This document shows positions 13,701-27,232 of a DNA stretch of 64,000 bases, one piece after another (the first letter of the stretch is position 1; each line of letters begins with the position of its first letter). The translations under genes were made by a program, and so were the position numbers. Source of the DNA: the human T2T-CHM13v2.0 reference genome, Homo sapiens. Where the stretch lies: the NCBI RefSeq assembly GCF_009914755.1, contig NC_060934.1. The stretch is one strand, 5' to 3'. The notes beneath the pieces were generated by a model. The model was not told where the DNA came from, did not search any database, and worked only from the letters and a program-made list of their open reading frames with translations.

Positions 13701-15264
13701 ATTTCTTTGTTTTCTGCTAGCTTTGGGATTTGTTTGCACTTGTTTCTCTAGTTCTTTTAGTTGTGATGTTAGGTTAACTTGAGATTTTTCTAATTTTTTA
13801 ACGTGGGCATGTAGTGCTATAAATTACCCCTTAACACTGCCTTAGTTGCATCCCAGAGATTCTGGTATGTTGTATCTTTGTTCTTATTAGTTTCAGAGAA
13901 CTTCTTGATTTTGCCTTGATTTCATTATTTACCCAAACTCATTGGGAGAAGGTTATTCAATTTCCATTTAATTGTATGGTTTTAAGTGAATTTCTTAGTT
14001 CTGATTTTTAAGACTAAGAAATTTGATTACCCTGTCGTTTGACAGAGTGCTTGTTATAATTTAAGTTCTTTTGTATTTGCTGAGTAGTATTTTATATGCA
14101 GTTATGTGATTGACCTTAGAGTATGTGCTATGTGATATTGAGAAGAATGTATATTCTATTGTTTTAGGGTAGAGAGTTCTGTAGGTGTCTATTAGGTCCA
14201 TTTGATCCAGTGTTGAGTTCAGGTCCTGAATATCTTTCTTAATGTACTGCCTTGATGATCTGTCTAATACTGTCAGTTGAGTGTTAAAGTCTCCAAGTAC
14301 TTTTGTATGGGAGTAAAAGTCTCTTTGAAAGTCTCTAAGAACTTGCTTTATAAATCTGGGTGCTCCTGTGTTGAGTGCATATTTAGTTAGGATACTTAGG
14401 TCTTCTTGTTGAATTAAACTCTTTACCATTATGAAATGCCCTACTTTGTCTTTTTTTATCTTTGTTGGCTTAAAGTCTGTCTTATCTGAAATTGAGATTG
14501 CAAACTCCGTTTTTTCTGTTTTCCATTTGGTTGATAGACTTTTCTCCCGTTATTTTGAACCTATAGGTGTCACTGCACATAAGATCGGTCTCTTGAAGAC
14601 AGTATATCAATAGATCTTGGTTCTTTATCCAGCTTGCCACACTGCACCTTATAATTGGGGCATTTAGCCTAGTTGTATTTGAGGTTAGTATTGATATGTG
14701 TGTATTTGATCCTGTAATCATGATGTTAGCTAGTTATTATGCAGAATTGTTGTGTGGTTGCTTTATAGCGTCACTGGCCTCCGTACTTAAGTGTGTTTTT
14801 GTAGTGGCTGGTAATGATCTTTCTTTTCTATATTTAGTGCTTCCTTCAAGAGCTTTTGTAAGGCAGGTCTGGTTATAATGAATTCCTTCAGCATTTACTT
14901 GTCTGAAAAAGGATCTTACTTCTCCTTTGCCTATGTTTGGTCTGGCTGGATATGAAATTCTTGGTTGTAATTTCTTTCTTTAAAGAATGTTGAATATTGG
15001 CCCCCAGTATCTTCTGGCTTGTAGGGTTTCTGCTGAGAGACCTGCTATTGTTCTGATGGGCATCCCTTTGTAGGTGACCTGCCCTTTCTCTCTAGCTGCC
15101 TTTAACATTTTTTCATTCATTTCGACCTTGGAGAATCTGAAGATTATATGTATTGAGGATAATCTTCTCGTGAAGTATCTTACTGGGGTTCTCTGAATTT
15201 CCTGAACTTGAATATTGACTTTTCTAGCTAGGTTGGGGAAATTCTCATGGATGATATACTGAAA
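10731..15264 (-). mobile_element. L1PA13-15-like element (ORF1 3' half, ORF2, 3'UTR) nested in the L1MA 3'UTR
   Basis: Diagnostic 3'UTR (tgtacagattatttcatcacctaggtattaagcc); ORF2 fragments [34 protein letters not shown]; ~17-bp TSD ctcattta(g/c)ttatttta at 10714-10730 and 15385-15401. Confidence 0.88.
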
Positions 15265-15384
15265 GATTTTGTTTCTTATGAAGGTGTGTTTTTTTTTTTT
15301 CTATGTAAATAGTTGTTAAATTGGTGTGCTTGTGGAGGGGATAATTGGTGGAGACTTCTATTCTGTCATCTTGCTCCAACTCTC
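15265..15384 (-). mobile_element. ~120-nt L1MA/L1M1-type extreme 5' end fused to the L1PA insert
   Basis: Homologous to the host L1MA 5' tip at ~22826-22941 (ttcttatgaaggtg..atagttgtt..ttggtgt); lies inside the L1PA TSD pair. Confidence 0.75.
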
Positions 15385-15728
15385 CTCATTTACTTATTTT
15401 AAAATTTACAATCAATAATTGTTGATTGTATTCACCCTCTTATGCTACCAAATACTAGAGGTTTTAAGTTCTACCTAAATATATATGCTTTTATCCATTA
15501 ATTATCTCCGTTTTCCTCTACTACCTTTCCCAGCCTCTGGTAACCATCATTCTACTCTCCATCTCCATGAGTTCAATTATTTTAATTTTAGCTCCCACGA
15601 ATAAGTAAGATCATGTGAAGTTTGTCTTTCTGTGCCTGGCTCATTTCACTTAACACAATGACCTACAGTTCTATTCATGTTGTGCAAATGTCAGGATCTC
15701 ATTCATTTTTATGGCTGAATAGTACACC

Positions 15729-15730
<2 letters not shown>

Positions 15731-15774
<44 letters not shown>
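15731..15774. repeat. (TG)22 microsatellite inside L1MA
   Basis: Perfect TG run. Confidence 0.95.
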
Positions 15775-15777
<3 letters not shown>

Positions 15778-17198
15778 TATATATCACATTTTCTTTATCT
15801 GTTTGTCTGTTGATGGACATTTAGGCTGCTTCCAAATCTTGGCTACTGTGAATAGTGCTACAATAAACATGGGAGTGTAGATATCTCTTTAATGTACTGA
15901 TTTTCTTGCTTTTGAGTATATACCTAGCAGTGAGACTGCTGGATCATACGATAGCTATATTTTTAGTTTTTTGAGAAACCACCAAATTGTTTTCCACAGT
16001 GGTTGTACTAATTTACATTCCTACCAACAGTGTATGAAGATTTCTTTTTCTCCACATCCTCACCAGCATTTGTTATTTCCTGTTATTTGGATATAAGCCA
16101 TTTTAACTGGGGTGTTCTTGGTACCTTTGTCAAAAATAAGTTCACTGTAGGGGTGTGGATTGGTTTCTGGTCCCTTATTCTCTTCCATTGTACTATGCAT
16201 CTGTTTTTATGCCAGTATCATGCTTTTTTCGTTACTATACCTCTATAGTATAATTTAAAGTAAGGTAATGGGACTCCCCCAGTTTTATTCTTTTTGCTCA
16301 AGAAAGCTTTGGCTATTCTAAATCTTTTGTGGTTTCATATAAATCTTAAGATTGCGTTTTTTCATCTCAGTATAAAAATGTCATTGGCATTTCGATAGGG
16401 ACTACATTGACTCTGTAGGTTGTTTCAGGCAGTATGGACATTTTAACAATATTGATTCTTCCAATCCGTGAACATTAAATATCTTTCCTTTTGGTGCATT
16501 TGCTTCCATTTCTTTAATCAATGTTTTACAGTTTTTGTTGGAAAGATCTTTCACTTCTTCAGTGAAGTTTAGTTCTAGCCATTTTATTTTATTTGTACCT
16601 ATTGTAAACAGGATTACTTCCTTGGTTTCTTTTCCAGATTGTTCACTTTTGCCATATGAAAATGTTGATAATTTTCTATGTTGATTTTGTATCCTGCAAC
16701 TTTACTGAATTTATCAGTTCTAATAGTTTTTTTGAGTCTTTATGTTTTTCCAATTATAAGATTATATCATCTGCAAACAAGAATATTTTGACTTCTTTAT
16801 TTCCAATATAGTTGCCCTTTTTTTTTTCCTTTGTCTGATTGCTCCAGCTAGGACTTCAAATACTATACTGAAGAGCAATGGTGAAAGTGGACATCTTTGT
16901 GTTCCAGATCTTAGAGAAAAAGATTTCAGTCTTTCCCTATTCAGTAATACTAACTGTGGGTCTGCCAAATATGGTTTTTATTTAGTTGAGATACAGTCCT
17001 TTTATATCAAGTTTTTTTAGGGTTTTTATCATGTAGGAATATTGAACTTTATCAAATGCTTTTTCAGCCTCAATTGAAATGATTATATGGTGTTTATCCT
17101 TCATTCTGTTGATGTGATATATCACATTGATTGATTTGAGCATGTTGAAACATCATTGCATTCCAGGGATAAATCCCACTTGGTTATAATGAATGATC

Positions 17199-17502
17199 TT
17201 TTTTTTTCTTTTTGAGACAGGGTCTTACTCTGTTACCCAGACTGGAGTGCCACACACAATTACAGCTCACTGAAGCTTCAACCTTTTGAGCTCAAGTGAT
17301 CCTCCTTCCTCAGCCTCCTACGTAGCTAGTAGCAAAGGCACATATCACCATGCCCAGCTATTTTTTGTTTGTTTGTTTGTTTAGTAGAAGCAGGGTCTCA
17401 GTTTGTTGCTCAGGCTGGTCTTGAACTCCTGCACTCAAGCAATCTTCTAACCTTGGACTCTGAAAATGCTAGGACTACAGTCATGAGCCACCATGCCTGG
17501 CC
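17199..17502 (-). mobile_element. AluJ
   Basis: Dimeric Alu with J-type positions (acagggtcttactctg, ctcaagtgatcctcc); TSD aatgat(c/t)ttt. Confidence 0.9.
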
Positions 17503-17553
17503 AAATGATTTTTCTAATGGGTTGTTGAATTCAGTTTGCTAACATTTTCTTGA

Positions 17554-17909
<356 letters not shown>

Positions 17910-20900
17910 TGTTTTGTTTTATTTTGTTTGTTTGTTTTTTGATGTGTCTTTGGTTCTGGTATCAGGGTAATACTGGCCTCATAGAATTAGTTTGGAAGTA
18001 TTCCCTCTTCCTCTATTTATCAGAAGTTTGAGTAAGACTGCTGTTAGTTCTTCTTTAAATATTTAGTAAAATTCAGCAGTGAAGCCATTAGGTCTGAGCT
18101 TTTCTTTGCTGAGAGGCTTTTTGTTATGGCTTTAATCTAATTACTTCTTATTTGTTCACATTTTGGACATTTTTGTGGTAAAATCCTGATAGGCTTTATA
18201 TAGGAATTTATCCATTTTTTCTAGGTTTTCCAATTTATTGGCATATAGTTCTTCATAGTAGCCTCTAATAAAATTTCTGTAGTAACAGTTTTAGTGTCTC
18301 TTTTTTATCCCTGATTTTATTTGGGTCTTTTCTTGTTTTTTTCTTAGTATACTAAAGGTTTGTCAGTTTTAATTATCTTTCCAAAAATCCAGCTTTTGTT
18401 TTATTGATCATTTGTATTGGTTTCTCTATTTCAATTTGAGTTATTTTCTGCTCTGATCTCGTGTTATTTTTTTTCTTTTACAAATTTTGGGTTTAGTTTG
18501 CTCTTGATTTTCTAGTTCTTTAAGATCCAACATTAAGTTTTTTATTTGACATTTTTCTACTTTTTTGATGTAGGTGCTTTAGCTATAAACTTCCCTCTTA
18601 GTGCTGCTTTCATTGTATCCATTGGTTTTGGTATGTTATGTTTCACTGTCATTTGTTTCAAGAGCATATTGTTTAATTTCAGTGTGTTTATGTAATTTCC
18701 CAAATTTCTCTTGTTATTAATTTGTAGTTTTATTCCATTGTGTTCAGAGAATATACTTGAAATAGTTTTAATGTTTTTAAAATTTTAAGACTTATTTTGT
18801 GGCCCAACATATGGTATCTCCTTGAGAATGACCCATGCAACGAAGAGAAGAATATATATTCTTCAGCCATTGGATGAAATGTTTTATAAAAACCTATTAG
18901 GTCCATTTGGTCTATAGTGCTCATAAACTCTAGTGTTTCTTTGTTGATTTTCTATCTCAATGGTGTGGCCAGTGCTGAAAGTGGCCAGCTATTATTGTAT
19001 TGGGGTGTATCTGTCTCTTAGCTCTAACAGTAATTGCTTTATATATCTTGGCACTCCATTGTTGAGCACATATATATTTATAATTATAAAATCCCCTTGG
19101 TGAATTGACTCTTTTGTCTTTATATAATGACTTTATTTTTTGCTTTGATGGGTTTTTTCTTGAAATCTATTTTGTCTGATATAAATATCACTACTCCTGC
19201 TCTTTTTCATTTTCCATTTGCATGGAATGTCTTTTTCCATTCCTTTATTTTTAGTCTTTGTATGTCTTTGTAGGGGAAATGTGTTTCTTGTATGGAACAG
19301 ATCATTGCGCTCGGTTTTTTTTTTTTTTTTTAATTTTATCCATTCAGCCACTCTGTGTCTTTTGATTGGAGAGTTTAGTCCATTTATATTCAATGTTATT
19401 ATTGATAAATAAGGACTCACTCCTGTCATTTTGCTATGCATTTCCTGGTTATTTTGTGGTCTTATCTTGTTTCCTTCCTTCCTATCTTTGTTTTAGTGAA
19501 GGTGATTTTCTCTGGCGGTGTGTTTTAATTTCTTGCTTTTTTTGTAGCTGTTGTATGTTTTTAGATTTGAGGTTACCATAAGGCTTGCAATACTATCTTA
19601 TAACCCATTATTTTAAACTGATGATGACTTAAAACTGATTACATAAACAAACATGCAAAATGAAAACTAATAAATACTCTACACTTTAACCTTATCCTCT
19701 CACTTTTTAACTTTTTATTGTTTCTGTTTATGTCTGGTCCTGTCTATATCTTGAAAAGTTGTAGTTATTATCTTCATTGGTTCATCTTTTAGTCTTTCTA
19801 CTCAAAATATGAGTAGTTTACACACCACAATTATAATGTATACTATTCTGTGTTTTTCTGTTTACTATTACCAGTGAGTTTTTACTTCAGATGATTTTTT
19901 ATTGCTCATTAACATCCTTTTCTTTCAGACTGAAGAACTTCCTTTAGCTTATCTTGGAGGATACGTCTGATGTTGATAAGATCCCTCCATTTTTGTTTGT
20001 CTGGGAAAGTCTTTATTTATCCTTCATGTTAGAAGGATATTTTTACTGAATATGCTATTCTAGGGTGAACATTCTTCACCTTCAGCACTTGAAATATGTC
20101 ATGCCATTCTCTCTTGCCCTGTAAGGTTTCCACTGAAAAGTCTGCTGCTAGACATATTGGCGCTCATTGTATGTTATTTGTTTATCTTGCTGCTTTTGGG
20201 ATACTTTCTTTATCCTTAAACTTTGGGAGTTTGATTATTACATGTCACAAAGTAGTTTTATTTGGGTTAAAGCTGCCTGGTGTTTCACAACCCTCTTGTA
20301 CTTGAATACCAATACCATTTTCTAGGTTTGAGAAGTTATCTTATTATTCCTTTGAATACAGTTTCCACACCTATCTCTTTCTCTTACCTCCACTCTAAGA
20401 TCAGTAACTCTTAGATTTGCCCTTTTGAGGCTATTTTTTTAGATCTTGTTCATGTGCTTCATTGTTTTTTTTTTCTTTTGTCTCCTCTGTGTATTTTCAA
20501 ATAGGCTGTCTTCAAGCTCACTGTTTCTTTCTTCTGCTTGATCAATTTTGCTATTAAAGGACTCTGATGCACTATTCAGTATTGAAATTGCATTTTTCCA
20601 CTCCAGAATTTCACTTGGTTCTTCCAAATTATTATAATCTCTTTGTTAAATTTAGCTAATATGATTACAAATTCCTTCTCTGTGTTATCTTGAATTTTGT
20701 TGTGTTTCCTTAATATAGTTATTTTGAATTCTCTGTCTGAAACATCACCTGTCTCTGTCTCTCCAGAGCTGGATCCCCTAAATAAGGTACCAGAACTGGT
20801 ACCTTATTTAGTTTATTTGATGAGTTCATGTTTTCCTGGGTGGTCTTGATGCTTGTGGATGTTTGCCAGTGTCTAGGCATTGAAGAGTTAAGTATTTATT

Positions 20901-21184
20901 GTAGTCTTCAGAGTTAGGCCTTTTTGTACCTGTTCTTCTTGGAATATTTGGAAAAAAAGATTTTCCAAATATTCAGAGGAACTTGGGTGTTTTAATCTAA
21001 GTTTTGGTATCTGCAGTCATATCTGTATTATAGGGTACACCAAGCTCAGTAATGCTGTGGCTCTTGCAGACTTGTAGAGTTACCACCTTGGTGGTCTTAA
21101 ATAACTTCCAGAATAATTCTCTGAATTACTAGACAGAGAATCTTGTTATCTTCCATTACTTGTCTCCAAACAAATTGAGTCAGT

Positions 21185-21185
21185 C

Positions 21186-21226
<41 letters not shown>
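21185..21226. repeat. (CT)n microsatellite in L1MA 5' region
   Basis: CT run visible directly. Confidence 0.9.
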
Positions 21227-21232
<6 letters not shown>

Positions 21233-23204
21233 AGCTGTCTGGAGCTGGGTAAGGGATGACACAAGCACCCCGGTGATTACTGTGGCTGGGACTGGGTCTG
21301 ACTTGAAGCTAGCACAGTACTGGTTGTCACCACTGCCTGGCTACTGCCTATGTTCATTCAAGGTCCTAGGGTTCTACAATTAGCATGTGACAAAGCCAGC
21401 CAGGCTTATGTCCTTCCCTTCAGGGCAGTGAGTTCTCCTGATCTCAGATGGATCCAGAAATGCCATCCAGGAGCCAGGGCCTGGAATCAGAAACCTTAGG
21501 AATCTATCTAGTGCTCTATTCTACTGCATCCCAGCTGGCACCCAAGCCACTGGACAAAGGCCTTCCAACTATTCCCTCCACTTCAAGGAGGAGAGGAGTC
21601 TCTGCCAATAGCCATCACTGCCCCAGGGCCATGGCAAATATTGCCTGGCTAGCCAATGTTCACGCAATGTCCAAGGGTTCTTTAGTCAGCTTATGGTGAA
21701 TGCTGCCAGACCTGGGGCTCTCTCTTCATGGAAGTAGGCTCTCTTTGGCCCAAGGCAGATCCAGAAATGCCATCCAAGACTCAAGTCCTGGAACAGGGGA
21801 CCCCAAGAGACTGCTTGGTGCTCTACCCCACTGTGGCCAACCTGGTACCTAAGCTGCAAAACAAATTCCCCTTCACTCTTCCCTCTCCTTTCCTCAAGCA
21901 GAAGAAGTCTCCTCTATGTAGCCACCACTACAGGGAACACGCTGGGTCACACCTGAAGCTAGCACATCTCTGAGTCTCACCTAAGGCCCATGGTGAGTAC
22001 TGCCTGGGTATCACTGCTGGTTATTTGGTGCTCAAGGAACTCTTTAGTCAGCAGGTGATGGATTCTTCCATGTCTGGGTCCTTCCCTTCAAGGCAGGAGG
22101 TTCCCTTCTGGCCCAGGGTATGTCTAGAAATGTCATCCAGGAGCTGGGTCCTGAAGTGGAGGCTTCATGACTCTTCCAGTACCCTATCCTATTGTGGCTG
22201 AGCTGGTATGTAAGTTGCAAGGCAAAGTCCTCTTTAGTCTTCCCTCTCATCTCTTCAAGTGGAGAGGTATCTGTACCAGAGCTGTGAGCTGTGCTACCTG
22301 GGGCTATGGGAGGGCTGGAGCAAACACTCCCTTGGCCACTCCAGATGGTGTCTCACTAGGTCATGTGTCCCTCAAGTCCACTGGCTCAGAGCCCAGCACA
22401 ACATCAGAACTTGCCCAAAACTTTTAGTCCTTCTGGCCTAGATTGCCTTACAAGTTTACTTAGGACCCCAGAGCCCTTAAGCCTACAGTAGTGGGGCTTG
22501 CCAGAACTCAGATTCCAGCCACTGGGATAGGCAATTCCCCTCTGGCTAGAGCTGTTCTAAATGCTCCCTCAGTGGGTGCCAGCTGAATTCTGCCAAATGT
22601 TGCTTTCTGCTGTGACAAGACAGCACTGACTTTCAATGCATAGTCCCACAAATCCTGTACTCTCCCTCCCTGAAGCACACAGATCCTTTCTCCGCACTAT
22701 GTGGCTGCTGCTGGGAGCTGAGGGGGTGGGGGGTGGTATTAGCAATTTAAGACTGTCTTTCCTGCCCTCTTCAGTACCTCTTTCCGTGATATGAAGTTAA
22801 AACCAGGTACTATGATCACTCATCTGATTTTTGGTTCTTATGAAGGTGCTTTCTTACGTGGATAGTTGTTCAGTTTGGTGTTCCAGCAGGAAGGATAATT
22901 AGTGAAAGCTTCTCGTCAACCATTTTACTCCTCCTTCTCTCTAGTTGCAATTTTTCAAATAATTATTCCCGAATGCCCCCAGATTCTCCTTAAGTGACAT
23001 TTCTAGGGGTTTCCATAGTCCCTCTACTCCTCCAAGAATTAATAAATAAATGAAGCCCCAGGAGGAAAAAAAAGAGAAAATACAAAATATTATATATATA
23101 TATACAGTAAACATGAAATAGAACTATTATAATCTAAGGTCAGCTTATAATATTATAGAAACAGGATGAATCCATGCTAACAAAGTTAGGTCTGTTCTAC
23201 AGAG

Positions 23205-23438
23205 TTTAAAAATTGAGAGATATCAAATAAAAATACTGATTTCTGGCTTCTCTTTAAAAAGATTTCTGGAAATACTATACCTATGTTTTAACATGCCAAA
23301 AATTGTCTGGGGCTGGGGAGCAGTTAATCCCTTTGAGAGAGTCTGTGGGCTCCAGTTCACCACTCCTGGTCACTGCCTGCAACACTTATATGTGTTGCCT
23401 ACTGGACCTCTGTCAGCGTGTTGAACTTACAGCCTTGT
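23205..23438. mobile_element. MER102-like hAT-Charlie fragment
   Basis: aaaaattgagaga..aaaaatactgatttctggcttctct..ctccagttcaccac resembles recalled MER102. Confidence 0.55.
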
Positions 23439-24322
23439 ATAGACCAAGGTTGAAACTTTAAACTCTATGTTTATGTTGACAACATGAGGCCAAAGATGAA
23501 ACAAAAAGGAAGAAGGATTTGTGTTCTGAGATTTTTAAAAGCAGAAGAAAAATAAGAATATGACAAAGAGTATATATCCAGTTTTTCTGTTTCAGTAGCT
23601 TTAGTTAAGTCTAGTTTGCAAATGGTTTTGTCATGATCCGATAGGAAAGGAATGTGAAATGGTTAATAATATGCATTAAATTAAAACTCTCTGTTTATCT
23701 AGGTAGCCTGGTACCTGAATACAGATGGTAACTGAATAACAATGTCATAGAGTTAAATTTTCAATGCGAAGCCATCATTCAAATATGTGCTTCAGGTGCT
23801 ACAGTTTGATGCCCTACACTGCCCTGTCAACAAAATGGGTGGTTCCTTTATGCTCAGGCAAATAGGAACACATGAGCCCTGTGTGGAAATCCAAAAGGAA
23901 TGGTCCATAAGAAAGCAATTCCTGTATTTTATCATAGACTGTTGTCCCTTTCAAAGCCAGGGTATTATTTAGTGTATGATCTCATCTCTGGAGACTAGTA
24001 AAAATATATTATTTCTAGTAAATGCAAATTTTTACTTTAGTATTATGAGAAAATGGGGACACTTTAGACCATAAAAAGGGACACTTTAGACCATTTTATG
24101 CTTTGGGGAAAAAGACTTTTAAACATGACATGTCATCCAAAAAATAAATAGCTTCATAAAACTGCCCCAGGGAAGATGAAAAAGTTGTAAGAATAAAAAT
24201 CTTCTGAGACATTAAATGACCCACAAAATGCAATTATTGACAATAAAATTTTGTTCTTCATAATACTTACAGAACCTCTAAAATATCCCTTTTAATATAG
24301 GTGAACAAAGCTACTACCACAT

Positions 24323-24790
24323 CATATTAGTTTCCTATTGCCACTGTTAACAAATTACCAGAAAGTTCATGGCTTAAAACAACACACATTTATTATCTTA
24401 CAAACTCTGGAGGTCAGAAGTCCTAAAATTGAGGTGTTTTCAGGGCTGTGTTCCTTCTGGATGCTCCAGAGGAAAATCCATTATCTTCTTCCACCCAGCT
24501 GCTAGGGGCCATTTACATGCCTTAGCTCATGGCCTCTTCTTCCATCTTCAAAGCCAGCACTGTAGCATCTTCAAATCTCTCTATGACTCTGACCCTCCCC
24601 CATCCCTCTTATAGTGGCTTGTAGTTACATTGGGCACCTCCTAAGATAATCCCAGATAACATCTCATCTCAAAGTTCTCAATTTAATTTCATCTGAAAAG
24701 TCCCTTTTGTCATTGAAGGTAACATATTCACAGGTTCTGGGGGTTAGGAAATTGACATCTTTAGACAGCCATTACTCTGCTTACAAGACA
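24323..24790 (-). mobile_element. MLT1C/MLT1D-like solo LTR
   Basis: tggcttaaaacaacac, ctggaggtcagaagtc and aggtaacatattcacaggttctgggggttagg motifs. Confidence 0.8.
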
Positions 24791-25225
24791 CATTGGTCTT
24801 GATTTGACTTGGAACATACACCATGACAGCAAGGAAGGTAATGAGAGTAAACAAAGTGCATTTAGGTAACTCTCAAAGTTGTTTCGGACAAAACTGAATC
24901 ACATAAAAACAGAACATTCTATTTTGCTGCAATTTTTTACCTTTAATCTACTAATTTATATTTGAAATAACTGTTTTTAGAAATATCTTTCTTTGAATGT
25001 TGCAGATGTGAATGAGATATAATGAAAAGAATGAATGCACACTTATTGATCATTGTACTAAGGTCATTGAACAACAAAATCTCATCAAATAGTTAAGTAT
25101 TTTAAATAATATAAAACACATGGAAGCTTTACCCAAGGAGAGACAGTGATCTTATTTAATATTCTGTGTGGCTAAATGAAACCTTGATGAGAAAAGGGGG
25201 CCTTCAGATATAGTAAAGGTTGCAC

Positions 25226-25257
25226 TGTGTGTGTGTGTGTGTGTGGGTGTGGTGTGT
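25226..25257. repeat. (TG)n microsatellite
   Basis: Imperfect TG run. Confidence 0.85.
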
Positions 25258-25269
25258 ACGCATGCGTAG

Positions 25270-25490
25270 TAACATAACATTCAGTAAGCATGCACCATGT
25301 TCCAGGAACTTTTCTTAGCACTCTGTAGGTATTACTTGTTTAACCCTCACCATAACCCAGTAGAGCAATTCCTACAATTATCCTTTTACAGGTAATTACA
25401 TTGAGGCACAAAGAAATGACCTACCCCAAATTTCAAACCTAGTAAGCAATAAAGCTTGGATTTAAACCCAGGTGTTCTGCCTTCAGAACC
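25270..25490 (-). mobile_element. MIR SINE
   Basis: Core ttttacagg..tgaggcaca..ctagtaag..ggatttaaacccagg. Confidence 0.65.
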
Positions 25491-25803
25491 AAAAATTAGA
25501 AAAGCCTAAAAGTTTCTTTTATCTGTTTTAAGGAAAGAACTTTCCAGAAGGAAAGAACTAGAGGAAAGGTAGAACACATTGTGGAAGTTCTCTATGCAGA
25601 TCAACAAGGTATACAGACTTTTACTAATTTTCTTCATATGAACCCACAAACCCAGAAGCAAGCATTATTATCTAGATTTGGAGCTCTTCTACTTTGAAAT
25701 TGATAGAGTTGGACATGCACAGATTAATAATAATAATATTTTCTACATTTGCTGTTGAAACACAGATAAATGAGGAATGATCCTAGAAAAAACTTTACAG
25801 ATG

Positions 25804-25842
25804 CACACACATGCACACACACACACACACACACACAGACAC
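25804..25842. repeat. (CA)n microsatellite
   Basis: Imperfect CA run. Confidence 0.85.
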
Positions 25843-26340
25843 AGCACAGGGACCCCAAGGTCACTGTCTTATTGAACTACATAGCATGTTAAACACAATT
25901 ACTACCTTTTCTTGGGCAAAGTCTCCATTTTTCCATATTATTTAAAATGCTTATGTATATGATGAGATTATGTTGGTCAAACAGCATAGGACAATGTTCA
26001 GTAAGTGTTTGTTCATTTTTAAAATTTTATCTCATTCACGTATGGAAGGTTCAAAGAAAGATGTTTCTGAGAGGAGTTATTAAACATTTAAAAAGTAAAA
26101 GTAAAACGAAACAATTTATGTTTGAGAAAAAAATGTTGTCTATGAAATGCTTCCCACTAAAACCATTTGTTTCCTGTTTTCCCTCTTATCTCAAGGATCC
26201 CATGACCGAGACACCTCATGCCTTCCAGAAGCTGAAGGTGAAAGCTCACTAAGATTAAACAACTGGGAAATGTTAAATGAAAAAGTATCACAGCTGAGAC
26301 AAAGCTCCTCAGCCTCAGCATGTTTGTCAGTGTGCCCAAC

Positions 26341-27031
<691 letters not shown>

Positions 27032-27232
27032 TCACACAAACTTTCCTACCTGTACTTTGTATCCAAACCTTTGCCTTTTTAATCTCCTGAAAGAATAAGG
27101 AATTGTTGTTTCCAATAGAGTGGCTTCTTCATACAATTTTTATGATTAAAACTGATATTCTACAGTTGGTTATTGATAGCCCCATACCTTTCTGTCTAAG
27201 GCAAAGGATGAACACATGGATGCATATCCATA

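Noticed and set aside
23703-23735. Plus-strand AG...ATG|GTAACT micro-exon-like pattern
   Set aside because: Only 25 nt with a weak donor and no partner exon; expected by chance in 64 kb
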